This document shows positions 27,458 to 38,270 of a stretch of DNA of 61,021 nt, one piece after another. Position 1 is the stretch's first letter, and every line of letters begins with the position of its first letter. Position numbers and translations under genes: made by a program. The stretch is from a virus (lineage: Duplodnaviria; Caudoviricetes), in the IMG/VR virus record IMGVR_UViG_3300007276_000003, positions 1 to 61,021 of that record. One strand, given 5' to 3'. The notes under the pieces were generated by a model. That model did not search any database and was not told the origin of the DNA. It worked only from the letters and a program-made list of their open reading frames with translations.

Positions 27458-29893
27458 TTATCTAGGCTCAAACTCTGCTAAATCAAAACCATCTAAACTA
27501 TCTTCATTAGATTCAAAATTAATCGGAGGTAGATTGTTCTTTCTCTGATTAATCATTTTTGATTGCTCAGTATTAGCTTGACTAATTCTTTGTGCTTTCT
27601 TATCTTCCTTAGCATTCTCTCTATTAGCCAACCCTTGATTATTTAGTTTAGCTAACTCAACATTAAGTTGAAACTCTTTATCCATTAATTGAGATTTCAA
27701 CATAGCTTCGTTTTTCATCTTCTCAATTTCAAATGCAATATCAGCTTGTCTGTATTCCATCTTAGCCTGAGTTTCCATTTGAATCTTTTGAACCTCTTGT
27801 TGTTGTTTCATTTCCTGCTGCTTCAATATTTGCTGAGATTGCATAGCTTGTTGTTGCATTTGCATCTTCTCTTCTCTTTCTTGTTTTCCAATCCTCTTCA
27901 TTTTTAAAAGTTGGTTGGCAAGTTTAAGATTTTTTACTTCACGAATGTCAATAGCATCCTCCAAATTAATATCACCCTTGGATAAAGCCATTTGGATATT
28001 TTGCTCCAACTGTTGTTTTTGCTCTTCATCAGGAGATAGTTCAATGAATATACCGAAGTCATATATGTATAAGTCATTAATATCATTAAGTATTGATACA
28101 TTGTATTTACCAATTTGATTGACAAACTCTTCTTTAAAATCTGCATATTCTAAAATATCAGCAACTCTATAAGTTAATGCTTCTGCTAAACTTCTATATA
28201 TATATAAGCTACCATCTAATATATGTCTAGTAGCTACATTAGAATTTAACGCAGCAAGTTTTTGTAAACCAACCAAGGAATTAGGGTCAGGACTAGAGCC
28301 ATCTCTAGCTTCATTTAATCCTGTTACATTTCTTATTTGATTTAAGTAATGATTATAATTACTAATAAGCATTTGAGTTTTACTAGCACCTGAACTTGAT
28401 TGTAATTCCTTAATAGGTATTCTAGCTTGATTAAAGTCACCCTCTTGTGTGTAACTTCTACCAATTACAGAACCTGTTTGAAAATATAATCTTAATGCAT
28501 CTTCAGGATTATAGGCATTACCCGTACCTACATCAACCTCATTTAAACCATCAGCATCAATAAACACACCATCAGGTACAACTCTAGAAATTACTTGTTG
28601 TAGTTTTAGGTGAGTTATTTGAATTAAATCTGCAAATGGAATCATTCTTCTTACTAGAGATTCAATAGCACCTTTATACATTCTAGGTGCAGCAGCTACA
28701 TAATTTGGTATTGCGTGTTGCGTAGCTGATTGTGGTCTAACCATATTCTCCATAAGTTTCCATTGGAGAATTATGTTCGTACCCATTACCATTACACCTT
28801 CATACCATACGTCAATAGTTTTTTCAACCTTCTCAAAATTTTGTTCTTCCTGCATTTCAACAGGTGGATTAAATGAGTCATCTTTTTCAATCATACTCAT
28901 ATTACCATTATCCTTTACTTTTCTTTTATAAACAACTTTTTTAGTTGTTTTATAATTAAAGTACATTAAGGTTGCAGTATCTCTATAAAAAATATCATTC
29001 TCATAAAACTGTGCAGTATTATAATAATCATACCAACTTTGTGAATACTGTGATATTTCTTCTAAGTCTTCATTAGTTAATGATGTGTCAATCTTTTTAA
29101 GTTCAATGATTGGAACTGTTTTAATTTCCCCCCAATAAAAACAATCTTTAAAATATGGGTCTTCTGTATAACTGTATACTATATTAGCAGGGTCTACATA
29201 TTTTATATTAACACCATCACCCGGTAAGAACTCGTGCTTTGCACAAGAAATACCTAAAACAGTCATATCGTAGTCTAATCTTTTTCTAATGTCATTGTAT
29301 TTGTTTTGTTCAAACAAAGTACTAATGGCTTCTTCTTCAGCTATTTCAATTGCAGGTTTATAATTTAACTGCATAAATAACTTTAATTCTTCATCTGTAT
29401 TTGGCAACTCATCGGGTTCTACAGTAAAAGGATTTGCTCCTGTTTTCTGTTGGATAGTTTCGAGCATAGGCTTTGCAGCCATTTGCCCTTCAATCATAGT
29501 TTGATATTTACTTCTTTTTGATTGTGATATTGCATCTTGTGCATAAGCTTTAACGTGGAACTCTCTGTCCTGTAAACCATTTACAACAATATCAACAAAC
29601 TTTGGTAGTATTGGAACAGGTGTCCAATCTAAATTTAGATAAGATAAGTCACCGTCAATTGCTAATTCGTTTTTGTATTTTCCTATTGATTGTTCTCCTC
29701 TCGCATATAACCTTAAACGATTGAAGTCCCTCCATTGATTATAATATCTACATTGATTTCCGTCTTTTTTAAACCATTCATATTGAATTGCTTGACCAAT
29801 TTGTAACCCAAATTCGACTGTTTCTTTTTCTGAATCTGACACAAACTGACTAGGAAAACCTGCAGATGATATGTTTATATTTACTTTCTTCAT
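27458..29893 (-). CDS. Portal protein
   Basis: 811 aa directly after the terminase; Gln-rich C-terminal coiled coil as in P22-like portals. Confidence 0.8.
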   Translation of the reverse strand: MKKVNINISSAGFPSQFVSDSEKETVEFGLQIGQAIQYEWFKKDGNQCRYYNQWRDFNRLRLYARGEQSIGKYKNELAIDGDLSYLNLDWTPVPILPKFVDIVVNGLQDREFHVKAYAQDAISQSKRSKYQTMIEGQMAAKPMLETIQQKTGANPFTVEPDELPNTDEELKLFMQLNYKPAIEIAEEEAISTLFEQNKYNDIRKRLDYDMTVLGISCAKHEFLPGDGVNIKYVDPANIVYSYTEDPYFKDCFYWGEIKTVPIIELKKIDTSLTNEDLEEISQYSQSWYDYYNTAQFYENDIFYRDTATLMYFNYKTTKKVVYKRKVKDNGNMSMIEKDDSFNPPVEMQEEQNFEKVEKTIDVWYEGVMVMGTNIILQWKLMENMVRPQSATQHAIPNYVAAAPRMYKGAIESLVRRMIPFADLIQITHLKLQQVISRVVPDGVFIDADGLNEVDVGTGNAYNPEDALRLYFQTGSVIGRSYTQEGDFNQARIPIKELQSSSGASKTQMLISNYNHYLNQIRNVTGLNEARDGSSPDPNSLVGLQKLAALNSNVATRHILDGSLYIYRSLAEALTYRVADILEYADFKEEFVNQIGKYNVSILNDINDLYIYDFGIFIELSPDEEQKQQLEQNIQMALSKGDINLEDAIDIREVKNLKLANQLLKMKRIGKQEREEKMQMQQQAMQSQQILKQQEMKQQQEVQKIQMETQAKMEYRQADIAFEIEKMKNEAMLKSQLMDKEFQLNVELAKLNNQGLANRENAKEDKKAQRISQANTEQSKMINQRKNNLPPINFESNEDSLDGFDLAEFEPR

Positions 29894-32118
29894 CTGATAA
29901 TTTCGCTATATTTACCCTTATTAGTATACCTTGCAAAGTTAACCTTTATTTTTGAAAGTTTTTTCTCAGGTAAATAAAGATGTTTTTGTGTTGCCATTAT
30001 AGCCAAACCTGAACTAATAGCAGCATCAAACTTAGTTCGATTACTTATATCAAACTTTGCCCAATCCTCTAAAGTTCTAGTAAAAACCATATCACCCATT
30101 TCTAAATTATCTTTCATACCAATATGGTTTTCAATATAAGATTCAATAGCTGATGCGTGTGCTTGTTTTACATCTTCACTTGAGTTAGGTATACCTCCTA
30201 ATTCTCTTTCAGTTTTAGATAACTTTATATAAGCTTTATCAGGTCTATTCATACAGAAATTTCTGTACCCCCTGTTTTTAAAATGATACAATAATCTTGG
30301 CTTATTATTTTCTATTAAAATAGGCATCCCATAAAACACACAAGCCATTAAAACATCTTCAAAGAATATTTCTGCAGTCTGTGGTCTAGCAATATATTCA
30401 AGAAAAAATTCATTACTTGGTGCTTCATCCATATTAAACATAGTCTTTCCGTGTAATGCTCCATTAGAACCACCACCACCAACTACTCCTGATATGTCAT
30501 AACTGTCACATCCAAAAGCACCGATATGTTCATTGCCGGGATACTTGTTACCCTTTCGTATTACAACATTATTTTGTAACACACTATTAGGTGTCCAAGA
30601 AACAAAGAATCTACCCCTATTATCAGGAGAGAATATAACCTTAGTATCTTTAACACCATTTAACCAACGTAGATTTCCACGAGTAACGTGATGGTCTAGA
30701 ATGATAGAATCATTGTAATCTATTTGTTGGTATATTCTTGTAAGATTAAATATTGATTGTTTACTTTCATCTCTGAATGCGTGAGATTCACTTCTAGGAA
30801 ATTGTCTGTAGTATTCGTTAAGTGCATCAGGGTCATTCTTTAATGACTCAACTTCTGCTTCCCAATAGTTTACTGCACCTTGATAAATGTTTTCTCCATC
30901 AATACCTCTAACTTCTTGCTTGGGTGTTTCAAATACAGGCATTCCATATATATCTATGAAGCCTTCCATATTCCATTCCATAGGGATGAAAAGTGAATAC
31001 ATACCACTTTTAGTTTGACCATTTGCGTTTCGTGATAACACATTAGAGTCATTATATAATTTTTTAAAATTACTACCCCCTTTATCTAATGCATTAGAGG
31101 TGGAACCCATCATACATTTACCTATAATTTTACTTCCAAGACGTAAACAAGTTTTGGTTACTCTCCAATTATTTAAAATGTTGTTAGGTTTAATCCATTT
31201 ACCACTTTCATCGTGAACTAAAAGTAAAAGCTTTTCACCATCATAAGAGTTGTCATCTGTGTTCTTCCAATCTATTGTAGTATCTAACCCATACATTTCA
31301 TCTTGAGTTGTTTCATACATATTCTTTTTTGTAATCTTAGCTGCCGGAATCCTAAAAGCTAATTCTGTTTTAGGTTTATCCATACCATCCATTATGGGTT
31401 TAAAAAAGAACGGAAGTCTACTATTGATTGGAACAACTTTATCAGTAAACATTTTCTTAGCATCTGAACCGGTCTTTGATAGTATGCCAACTCTAGAATC
31501 TTTAACTAAGGTTCCTGTATTTACACATTCAGAAGATGACATAAAAGAAAATCCTGAACGTCTTATCTTTAAATAAATCATTCCAAAACTTCTCTTGTCT
31601 GCTTTACAAGCTTCCCAAAACAAAAACAATATTCTATTTGCTTCTCTAAAGTCAGGGTATCCCACATCAATACTTGTCCATTGTAAGTACATATAATGTG
31701 CACCTGTTATATAAACGGGTTTACCATTAGACATATACCAAAAACCTGATTCTCTTCTGTCAAACTCCTCTTCAATATAACCAACCCACCTGTCTTTAAA
31801 ATCTGAAGACATTTCATCCCATTGAAATATAGATTGTATTTTAGATAGAGCCTTAGGTAGTTCTGTTCTTTCCCAATATTGTTCTTGCTTCTTTTTATTT
31901 CTAGAATAAATATCTTTTGGTGGTTTAGGTAATGCTATACGAAGACCTTGAATCTCTATAACATCTTCTATCTGTCCGGTCTTAGATATAACAATAAAAT
32001 CATACTTAGGGTTATAGCCATATTTCCACGTTTTAGCCTTGTTCTTAGACGTTAAAACATTTTTTGGTACAACACCCTCAAGTATGTTATATAAGTTATT
32101 TAGACCTTCTTTCTGCAA
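29890..32118 (-). CDS. terL: Terminase large subunit
   Basis: Walker A-like KIRRSGFS, Walker B LLVHDESGK, nuclease GCDSYD and ENNK. Confidence 0.9.
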   Translation of the reverse strand: MQKEGLNNLYNILEGVVPKNVLTSKNKAKTWKYGYNPKYDFIVISKTGQIEDVIEIQGLRIALPKPPKDIYSRNKKKQEQYWERTELPKALSKIQSIFQWDEMSSDFKDRWVGYIEEEFDRRESGFWYMSNGKPVYITGAHYMYLQWTSIDVGYPDFREANRILFLFWEACKADKRSFGMIYLKIRRSGFSFMSSSECVNTGTLVKDSRVGILSKTGSDAKKMFTDKVVPINSRLPFFFKPIMDGMDKPKTELAFRIPAAKITKKNMYETTQDEMYGLDTTIDWKNTDDNSYDGEKLLLLVHDESGKWIKPNNILNNWRVTKTCLRLGSKIIGKCMMGSTSNALDKGGSNFKKLYNDSNVLSRNANGQTKSGMYSLFIPMEWNMEGFIDIYGMPVFETPKQEVRGIDGENIYQGAVNYWEAEVESLKNDPDALNEYYRQFPRSESHAFRDESKQSIFNLTRIYQQIDYNDSIILDHHVTRGNLRWLNGVKDTKVIFSPDNRGRFFVSWTPNSVLQNNVVIRKGNKYPGNEHIGAFGCDSYDISGVVGGGGSNGALHGKTMFNMDEAPSNEFFLEYIARPQTAEIFFEDVLMACVFYGMPILIENNKPRLLYHFKNRGYRNFCMNRPDKAYIKLSKTERELGGIPNSSEDVKQAHASAIESYIENHIGMKDNLEMGDMVFTRTLEDWAKFDISNRTKFDAAISSGLAIMATQKHLYLPEKKLSKIKVNFARYTNKGKYSEIIR

Positions 32119-32377
32119 ATCCTTGTTTTGTATCTGTTTTATTAATTCCTTTTTCTAAAGAATCTATAGCTTCTCTTTCTGCTTCAATACGATTAAGTAT
32201 TTCAAATGCATCAAAGATAGCTAACTTCTTAGTTGCTGCTGCGTTCTTTAATCTATCGGCAGATAAATCACTTTCAGGGTCGTGATTAATAATAGTTTCC
32301 TTCGCTATCTTTATCAGTTGCTCTACTGCCCTGTGACCTGCCTCTATTATTTTTAATTTTATTTCTTTTGAACTCAT
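32096..32377 (-). CDS. Possible terminase small subunit
   Basis: Small helical protein overlapping the start of terL; positional evidence only. Confidence 0.4.
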   Translation of the reverse strand: MSSKEIKLKIIEAGHRAVEQLIKIAKETIINHDPESDLSADRLKNAAATKKLAIFDAFEILNRIEAEREAIDSLEKGINKTDTKQGFAERRSK

Positions 32378-32445
32378 TTCTAATTCTTTTGGTTTTTTTT
32401 AGTGGATAGTCTTGCTCATCTATCCCATCCATCCAATCCCATTCT

Positions 32446-33018
32446 CTACTCATTTTTATAAAACATTACATAGACTATTCTGCCTTCTTGCCAACTTTCA
32501 TTTGGATATTTACTATGAAAATAATTACAAGGATAAGATATAAGTCTATTAGGTTTGTATCCCACAACACTTTTTAAATTCCATTTACTTAAATCATTTG
32601 AATCTTCTTTTAATATACTATCAAACTCTTCATCCGAAATATTGCTTGGCATAGTTTCACCCATAGTTGAATGCTCCCAAAAAGCAGTTCCGTGTAATTC
32701 TTTCATAGTTGACTTTGATAAATAAAGTACTAATGCTCTATCAGGTTTTTCATTATTAATAATTGTATCTGCGTGAATCCTCCAATCTTTATCTACTTCA
32801 TTGTTAGATATTCTAAAAAAACTTAATATCTTTCTTATTGGTTTATTTTCTGCAACAGACAATTCAAAAGATACAATATCATCAAAAGATTCAGAACTAT
32901 CCCAAACCCAAAAACTTTTATCACCTGTGTCAACTTCTCTATAATCTGTTGAATTTAAATAATCCATTAACTGATTATATACATTGTCACTTAAAAAATT
33001 ATCTTTTATATAAATCAT
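32446..33018 (-). CDS. 2OG-Fe(II) oxygenase superfamily protein
   Basis: IHAD (HxD), VLYLS, GTAF, NRL...FHS, distal R. Confidence 0.8.
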   Translation of the reverse strand: MIYIKDNFLSDNVYNQLMDYLNSTDYREVDTGDKSFWVWDSSESFDDIVSFELSVAENKPIRKILSFFRISNNEVDKDWRIHADTIINNEKPDRALVLYLSKSTMKELHGTAFWEHSTMGETMPSNISDEEFDSILKEDSNDLSKWNLKSVVGYKPNRLISYPCNYFHSKYPNESWQEGRIVYVMFYKNE

Positions 33019-33578
33019 AGAACCATTGTTATTTGGTGGTCATACATTCTATATAATTTTTCTCCATCAACATTAAACTCATATTCAGAGTCAGGTTTAA
33101 ATGAAACTCTATCTCCTTGACTAATGCCTTTACTCATTAAATAATTATTAGGATATTTCATTTCACCCACTAATGGCTCTTCTTTTGTATTTTTATAAAT
33201 ATACGAATCTTCTTTTGATACGGGTTTTACAAAACAATACCTATCAACTGCATTCCATTGTATACCATTATGATACATATAAAACTGTTCAGGTTCTACA
33301 AAAAATAAATCATCTTTAAAAAAGCTTCTACCACTTCTTTGTCTACCCTTCATATCATTGTAGTACTTAAAAACATTATGATGTACTAACAAAAAATCTC
33401 CCACCTTTATTGGACCTTTATATCCAAGGGGGAGTTCTATAACTTCAGCTTTACGATTTGAAAATCTAGCATCTTCCAAAGAAGTGCTTACGATAAAATC
33501 TATTCCACCAATACTTTTAGTATTATTATACCTTTTACCCTTTACAGGTTTGGTAATAAATGCAAACGGTGATTTCAT
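33015..33578 (-). CDS. Tandem GroES-like fold protein
   Basis: IKVGDFLLV and GISQGDRVSF...VDGEKLYRM...I resemble GroES strands. Confidence 0.55.
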   Translation of the reverse strand: MKSPFAFITKPVKGKRYNNTKSIGGIDFIVSTSLEDARFSNRKAEVIELPLGYKGPIKVGDFLLVHHNVFKYYNDMKGRQRSGRSFFKDDLFFVEPEQFYMYHNGIQWNAVDRYCFVKPVSKEDSYIYKNTKEEPLVGEMKYPNNYLMSKGISQGDRVSFKPDSEYEFNVDGEKLYRMYDHQITMVL

Positions 33579-33586
33579 AATTTAAT

Positions 33587-33772
33587 TTATGAGCCACAAC
33601 CAATACAATCTATATATGAATCAGTTGGCTTGACTCCATTTAATTTCATTTTAATATTATGGATTTTATCTGCAAGTTCCATTTCTTGCTCGAATGTTAG
33701 ATTAGGCTGCTTCTTTTGTTCCGTATAAATTTCAAGTTCCTCTTGTAATTGTTGATTAGCTAAATCTGACAT
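33587..33772 (-). CDS. Small protein ending in CIGCGS
   Basis: ORF in operon with a terminal CxxC. Confidence 0.55.
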   Translation of the reverse strand: MSDLANQQLQEELEIYTEQKKQPNLTFEQEMELADKIHNIKMKLNGVKPTDSYIDCIGCGS

Positions 33773-34000
33773 TTATAAAAAATTTATATTATACTCAATA
33801 GATACAGGCATTGTGGATGTAAACTCTTTCCATAATACAATTTCACCATCATTAATTATATAAATCAATATTGATTCTTTTTCTATATCAAACTTTATTA
33901 AATGAATAGAATAACTACCATTAAGAACAGGTTGCCCTACTATATAATGCATTGCACCTGATTTATAGTCAGGACCAATTGAAATCTTTCTAATATCCAT
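33773..34000 (-). CDS. Hypothetical protein
   Basis: ORF in operon context. Confidence 0.6.
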   Translation of the reverse strand: MDIRKISIGPDYKSGAMHYIVGQPVLNGSYSIHLIKFDIEKESILIYIINDGEIVLWKEFTSTMPVSIEYNINFL

Positions 34001-36165
34001 TACGTTAATTTATGAATAGCAATCCACGAACTTGGTGCATCAGGCATAGTTGCTACACCTGTTGATGTTGGTTTTGCTACTGTTTGTTGAGTAGACGTTG
34101 TTGCGAGTAACTGCATTCTGACATTATCAACTACAGTATTTACAGGGAAACTAACTTCCCAACCTGAAGGTACTGTATCATTTATTTGGTGAATCCAAGT
34201 TTGTAAATAAGGAGTACCACCTAGTGTTGCAGTAAAAGCAGCGTATTGATTTATAGAATCATTATTAGTCATATTAACACCCATATTAACAATGTAATTT
34301 CCGGGGACATTAAATATAACATCTCCTGAGGCAGTTATTGTGACTTCAGAAGTTGTTTGTCCTTTACCAAAAACTATTATCGTTTGTACTCCCCGTGCAA
34401 TTAATTGATTAGCCGTTTCACTATCTTCAATAACCTTATTCATCTGAAAAGGTGTACTGTTAACTGTAACTGCACCTATACCTGAAGGGGGACTAATACT
34501 TACATTTGTTCCCGGAACAATTTGAGTTACTCCTCCACCTCCTGAAGAAACTTCCCATTGTGTTTGAACCTCTGAACCATTAATACTTTTAACTGCTAAT
34601 ACTTGAGATTGTAGAGTTGGTAATGTTTCAGGTAAAATTATTTCTTGTTTTACACCCTGAGCAGGAGCCAATAAAGTCATTGTTTCAGGACTACCTTTTC
34701 CTGCACCTGTTTCTAGTTCAATCTTACCACCTAAATTTACACCATCTCCTTCAATCCTTAAACACCCTTCTTGGCTTGTTGGAGCAGCAGATTTACCCAA
34801 TGTTAGTTTAGCAGAACTTGAATCAAAAGTTAATCCTACATAAGCACCAAATGAACCATTATCATTAAATTGAATTTGTGTGTTAGAACCTGCAGGACTT
34901 CCTGTTCCACCTGCAAAATTAATTATAGTTGGACTACTAGAATTATCCATAGTAACACCTGAACCTGTAAACTCAAACAATCCTGATTCTGTAGTATTGC
35001 CAACCTTAATGCTATTTACTGTAGGAGATGTTTGAGCACTTATAGTTAAAGTTTTAACACCCTGTGCATCAGTATTTACTGAACCTGATAGACCTGAACC
35101 TATTGTTACTTTTTCACTCCAATATCCTGATTGAGTATCTGCTGCATCATATTTGAATTTATCATCAGCACCTCCACCACCTGATGGGGTATCTATCCAA
35201 TTTAATTGACCGTTACCATCGTTTTCTAAAATTTGTTGTGCTCCACCCTGCTTTGTTGGAAAGTGTATATAATAATCACTACTTGCATTTGCCTCAGTAG
35301 AACCTGCTAAGTGTACATAATTACCTGCTCGATGTTCTAATGCTGCATTACCATAATTAATAGCATCACCTAGACCATAAGTATCGAGAGTTACCTGACC
35401 GGCTTTCTCTTTTCCACCAAGAGTATGTTCTGAAAAATTAGTACCCAATACATAAGTATTGTATTGATTCCCTTCAAACACACCACCTGTTCCGTGATAC
35501 TGAACATCTTGAGGTGCACCTCCCGGTGTACCACCACCACCTGATGCTACAACTTCAATTTGTTCATTTCCACCTGCATTTACTTTAGTTAGGGTAATAT
35601 TAGCACCTGCAACTAATTTATTTTCTAAAAAATCAGTTGTTGTATCTGCTGATGATATTTTTACTTTTTCATCAGAGCCACCACCACTTCCATTGGAAGC
35701 TGCAGTAATAATACCTTGGTCATTAACAGTTATGTCAGCATTGGTATAAGAACCTGATACTGCTTGATTATTTAAGTTAAATTCAAAAGTACCGGGGGTA
35801 CTTCCTTGAATAACTAAATCATTAGACTTAAATGTTAATTGGTTTTGGGTTTCATCTATGGATTCGGTTAAACCTGAATTACCTGTTACATCAAATTTAC
35901 TTAATCCACCACCACCAATAGCTGAACCATCAATAGTTATGTCAGTACCGGAAGCACTAATAGTAATGCCTCCTGTACCTAGTAAAGTAAGTTCTCCTGT
36001 TAGTGTGTTTAAAGATTGCACAGAACTACCACCTCCCGGAACCAATGCAATAATATCACCAATAGTATAGTTTTGAGTTAAGTTGGCATCATCTACGTTA
36101 GTACCAATAACTTTATCCTCTAGGGTTGGTTGTGCATCAATTGCATAGGTTTTAATTCGTGCCAT
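34000..36165 (-). CDS. Tail fibre protein
   Basis: Gly/Thr/Ser-rich, with fibre repeats (VQSLN, ITVNDQGIITAAS) and a beta-rich tip. Confidence 0.75.
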   Translation of the reverse strand: MARIKTYAIDAQPTLEDKVIGTNVDDANLTQNYTIGDIIALVPGGGSSVQSLNTLTGELTLLGTGGITISASGTDITIDGSAIGGGGLSKFDVTGNSGLTESIDETQNQLTFKSNDLVIQGSTPGTFEFNLNNQAVSGSYTNADITVNDQGIITAASNGSGGGSDEKVKISSADTTTDFLENKLVAGANITLTKVNAGGNEQIEVVASGGGGTPGGAPQDVQYHGTGGVFEGNQYNTYVLGTNFSEHTLGGKEKAGQVTLDTYGLGDAINYGNAALEHRAGNYVHLAGSTEANASSDYYIHFPTKQGGAQQILENDGNGQLNWIDTPSGGGGADDKFKYDAADTQSGYWSEKVTIGSGLSGSVNTDAQGVKTLTISAQTSPTVNSIKVGNTTESGLFEFTGSGVTMDNSSSPTIINFAGGTGSPAGSNTQIQFNDNGSFGAYVGLTFDSSSAKLTLGKSAAPTSQEGCLRIEGDGVNLGGKIELETGAGKGSPETMTLLAPAQGVKQEIILPETLPTLQSQVLAVKSINGSEVQTQWEVSSGGGGVTQIVPGTNVSISPPSGIGAVTVNSTPFQMNKVIEDSETANQLIARGVQTIIVFGKGQTTSEVTITASGDVIFNVPGNYIVNMGVNMTNNDSINQYAAFTATLGGTPYLQTWIHQINDTVPSGWEVSFPVNTVVDNVRMQLLATTSTQQTVAKPTSTGVATMPDAPSSWIAIHKLT

Positions 36166-36179
36166 ATTTTCTGTTCTAG

Positions 36180-36428
36180 TTATTCAACTTTTTCAAGTTC
36201 TTTCTTTTTTATTTCTCCTGTCTTAACATCTATCTGAGCATCGACTCCATATTTGTCAGACAACTTTTTTTCTACTGCTGCGTAGTCTACTTTAAGTTCA
36301 TCAATCTTTTTAATGATTGTAACTTTTTGCAATTCAGCATCACCTAGTTGCATTTTTAATTGATTAAAAGCATTCAGCATAGTTTGTACTGAAGTCAGTT
36401 CATCTTTAGTTAATTTCTTTTTTGCCAT
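36180..36428 (-). CDS. Small coiled-coil protein (possible fibre chaperone)
   Basis: Coiled coil plus KYG...IDVKTGEI; lies among fibre genes. Confidence 0.5.
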   Translation of the reverse strand: MAKKKLTKDELTSVQTMLNAFNQLKMQLGDAELQKVTIIKKIDELKVDYAAVEKKLSDKYGVDAQIDVKTGEIKKKELEKVE

Positions 36429-36461
36429 TTTAATAAAATTTAATTATGATTTATATAATTA

Positions 36462-36469
36462 CAAAGATA
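36462..36469 (-). promoter_or_regulatory. Bacteroidota-type -7 element
   Basis: TATCTTTG upstream of 36428. Confidence 0.55.
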
Positions 36470-36482
36470 GTAAAATTTTCAT

Positions 36483-38267
36483 TTACCCCTCGCATAGCAT
36501 AACCGAGAATTGACGACCATCGGCAAGAGTAAAAGTTGCACATCTTGTTTTGCCGGTATCTACGTCTACCCTTTGTATAGTTGTGTCTTTGCCACCATCA
36601 ATACTTACAGGAAATTGTGGTCCTGTTGGTCCCGTTGGTCCTTCCGGTCCTGTTGGTCCTTGTGGACCTGTAGCACCTGTGTTACCTTTAGCACCTGCAG
36701 GTCCTTGTGGACCTGTAGCACCCGTAGAACCCGTTGCTCCTTTTGGACCTTCAGGTCCTTGTGGTCCAACACCTCCTGTACTACCTGTATCTCCTTTAGG
36801 TCCTTGCGACCCTGTATCTCCTTTAGGTCCCTCATCTCCTTGGTCACCTTTCGGACCTTGGGGTCCAACACCTCCTGTTGACCCTGTATCACCTTTAGGT
36901 CCCTGTGGACCTACTCCTCCGGTTGCACCGGTATCTCCCTTAGGTCCTTGTGGTCCAACACCACCGGTATCTCCGGTTTTCCCTTGTGGTCCTTCCGGTC
37001 CTTCAGGTCCTTGTGGACCCGTACTTCCGGTATCTCCCTTAGGACCTTCCGGTCCTGTTGCTCCAATATCTCCTTTTGCTCCCTGTGGTCCGGTGGCTCC
37101 TGTGTCCCCTGTTTTACCCTGTGGTCCCTCAGGTCCCTCCGGTCCTTGAGGTCCGGTACTTCCGGTATCCCCTTTTGCTCCTTGAGGTCCGGTACTTCCG
37201 GTATCTCCTTTTGCTCCTTGAGGACCTTGTGGTCCTGTCAAACCTATATCACCTTGAGGTCCTTTTGGTCCCTCCGGTCCGGTACTACCTGTATCTCCTT
37301 TTGGACCTTGAGGTCCCGTAGCACCTGTATCACCTGTATCTCCTTTCGGACCTTGTGGACCCTCCGGTCCTTCAGGTCCCGTAGCACCTGTATTTCCTTT
37401 TGAACCTGTATCTCCTTTTGGACCTTGAGGTCCTGTAGAACCCGTGTCACCTTTTGCACCTGCCGGACCTTGTGGTCCAATAGGTCCCGTAGCACCTGTG
37501 TCACCGGTCTTACCCTGAGGACCTTCCGGTCCCTCAGGACCTGTTGCTCCTGTGTCGCCCTTAACTCCTTGAGGACCTTGAGAACCTGTATCCCCCTTTG
37601 GACCTTGAGAACCTGTATCCCCCTTTGGTCCTTCAGGACCTTCCGGTCCTTGTGGTCCTTCAGGACCCGTTGGTCCTGTAGCACCTGTATTTCCTGTTTT
37701 TCCTTGAGGACCTTCATCACCTTGGTCGCCCTTTGGACCTTGAGGACCTGTTGCTCCCGTTAATCCAATGGGTCCTTGAGCACCGGTATCTCCCTTTACT
37801 CCTTGGTCACCTTGCTTACCTTGAGGACCTTCAGGACCTGTTGGTCCTGTAGCACCGGTATCTCCCTTATCACCCTTACCTCCCTGAGGTCCTTGAGGAC
37901 CTTCGGGACCTTCGGGACCTTCGGGACCGGTCAATCCTATTGGTCCTTGTGGACCCGTTGAACCGGTGTCACCTTTGTCACCTTTATCTCCTGTTTTTCC
38001 TTGTGGACCTTGTGGACCGGTTGCTCCCGTTAAACCAATAGGACCCTGAGGTCCTGTTGCTCCGGTATCACCCGTATCACCTTTCGGACCCTGAGGTCCG
38101 GTATTAGTTGGCATAGTAACTGAGTTACCATCACTAATACTAAGTGTTTGTCCGTTAACTGTTAATGATTGTTTTGGGATAAAAGCACCGGTATCCAAAC
38201 TCACCCCATCAACTTTTATGTCGGTAGAAACTGAGATAGGTTCCTTAAACTCAATGTATGATGCCAT
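36483..38267 (-). CDS. Collagen-like (Gly-X-Y) fibre protein
   Basis: About 495 aa of G-X-Y triplets (GPQ, GPK, GPE, GDT, GAT). Confidence 0.92.
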   Translation of the reverse strand: MASYIEFKEPISVSTDIKVDGVSLDTGAFIPKQSLTVNGQTLSISDGNSVTMPTNTGPQGPKGDTGDTGATGPQGPIGLTGATGPQGPQGKTGDKGDKGDTGSTGPQGPIGLTGPEGPEGPEGPQGPQGGKGDKGDTGATGPTGPEGPQGKQGDQGVKGDTGAQGPIGLTGATGPQGPKGDQGDEGPQGKTGNTGATGPTGPEGPQGPEGPEGPKGDTGSQGPKGDTGSQGPQGVKGDTGATGPEGPEGPQGKTGDTGATGPIGPQGPAGAKGDTGSTGPQGPKGDTGSKGNTGATGPEGPEGPQGPKGDTGDTGATGPQGPKGDTGSTGPEGPKGPQGDIGLTGPQGPQGAKGDTGSTGPQGAKGDTGSTGPQGPEGPEGPQGKTGDTGATGPQGAKGDIGATGPEGPKGDTGSTGPQGPEGPEGPQGKTGDTGGVGPQGPKGDTGATGGVGPQGPKGDTGSTGGVGPQGPKGDQGDEGPKGDTGSQGPKGDTGSTGGVGPQGPEGPKGATGSTGATGPQGPAGAKGNTGATGPQGPTGPEGPTGPTGPQFPVSIDGGKDTTIQRVDVDTGKTRCATFTLADGRQFSVMLCEG

Positions 38268-38270
38268 TTA

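Noticed and set aside
32286-32453. 55-aa minus-strand ORF (MSREWDWMDG...)
   Set aside because: Overlaps the next gene by 92 nt; cannot be supported without homologues.
36510-37961. Several ORFs overlapping the collagen gene, including a plus-strand GP-rich 199-aa ORF
   Set aside because: Shadow frames produced by the G-X-Y codon periodicity.
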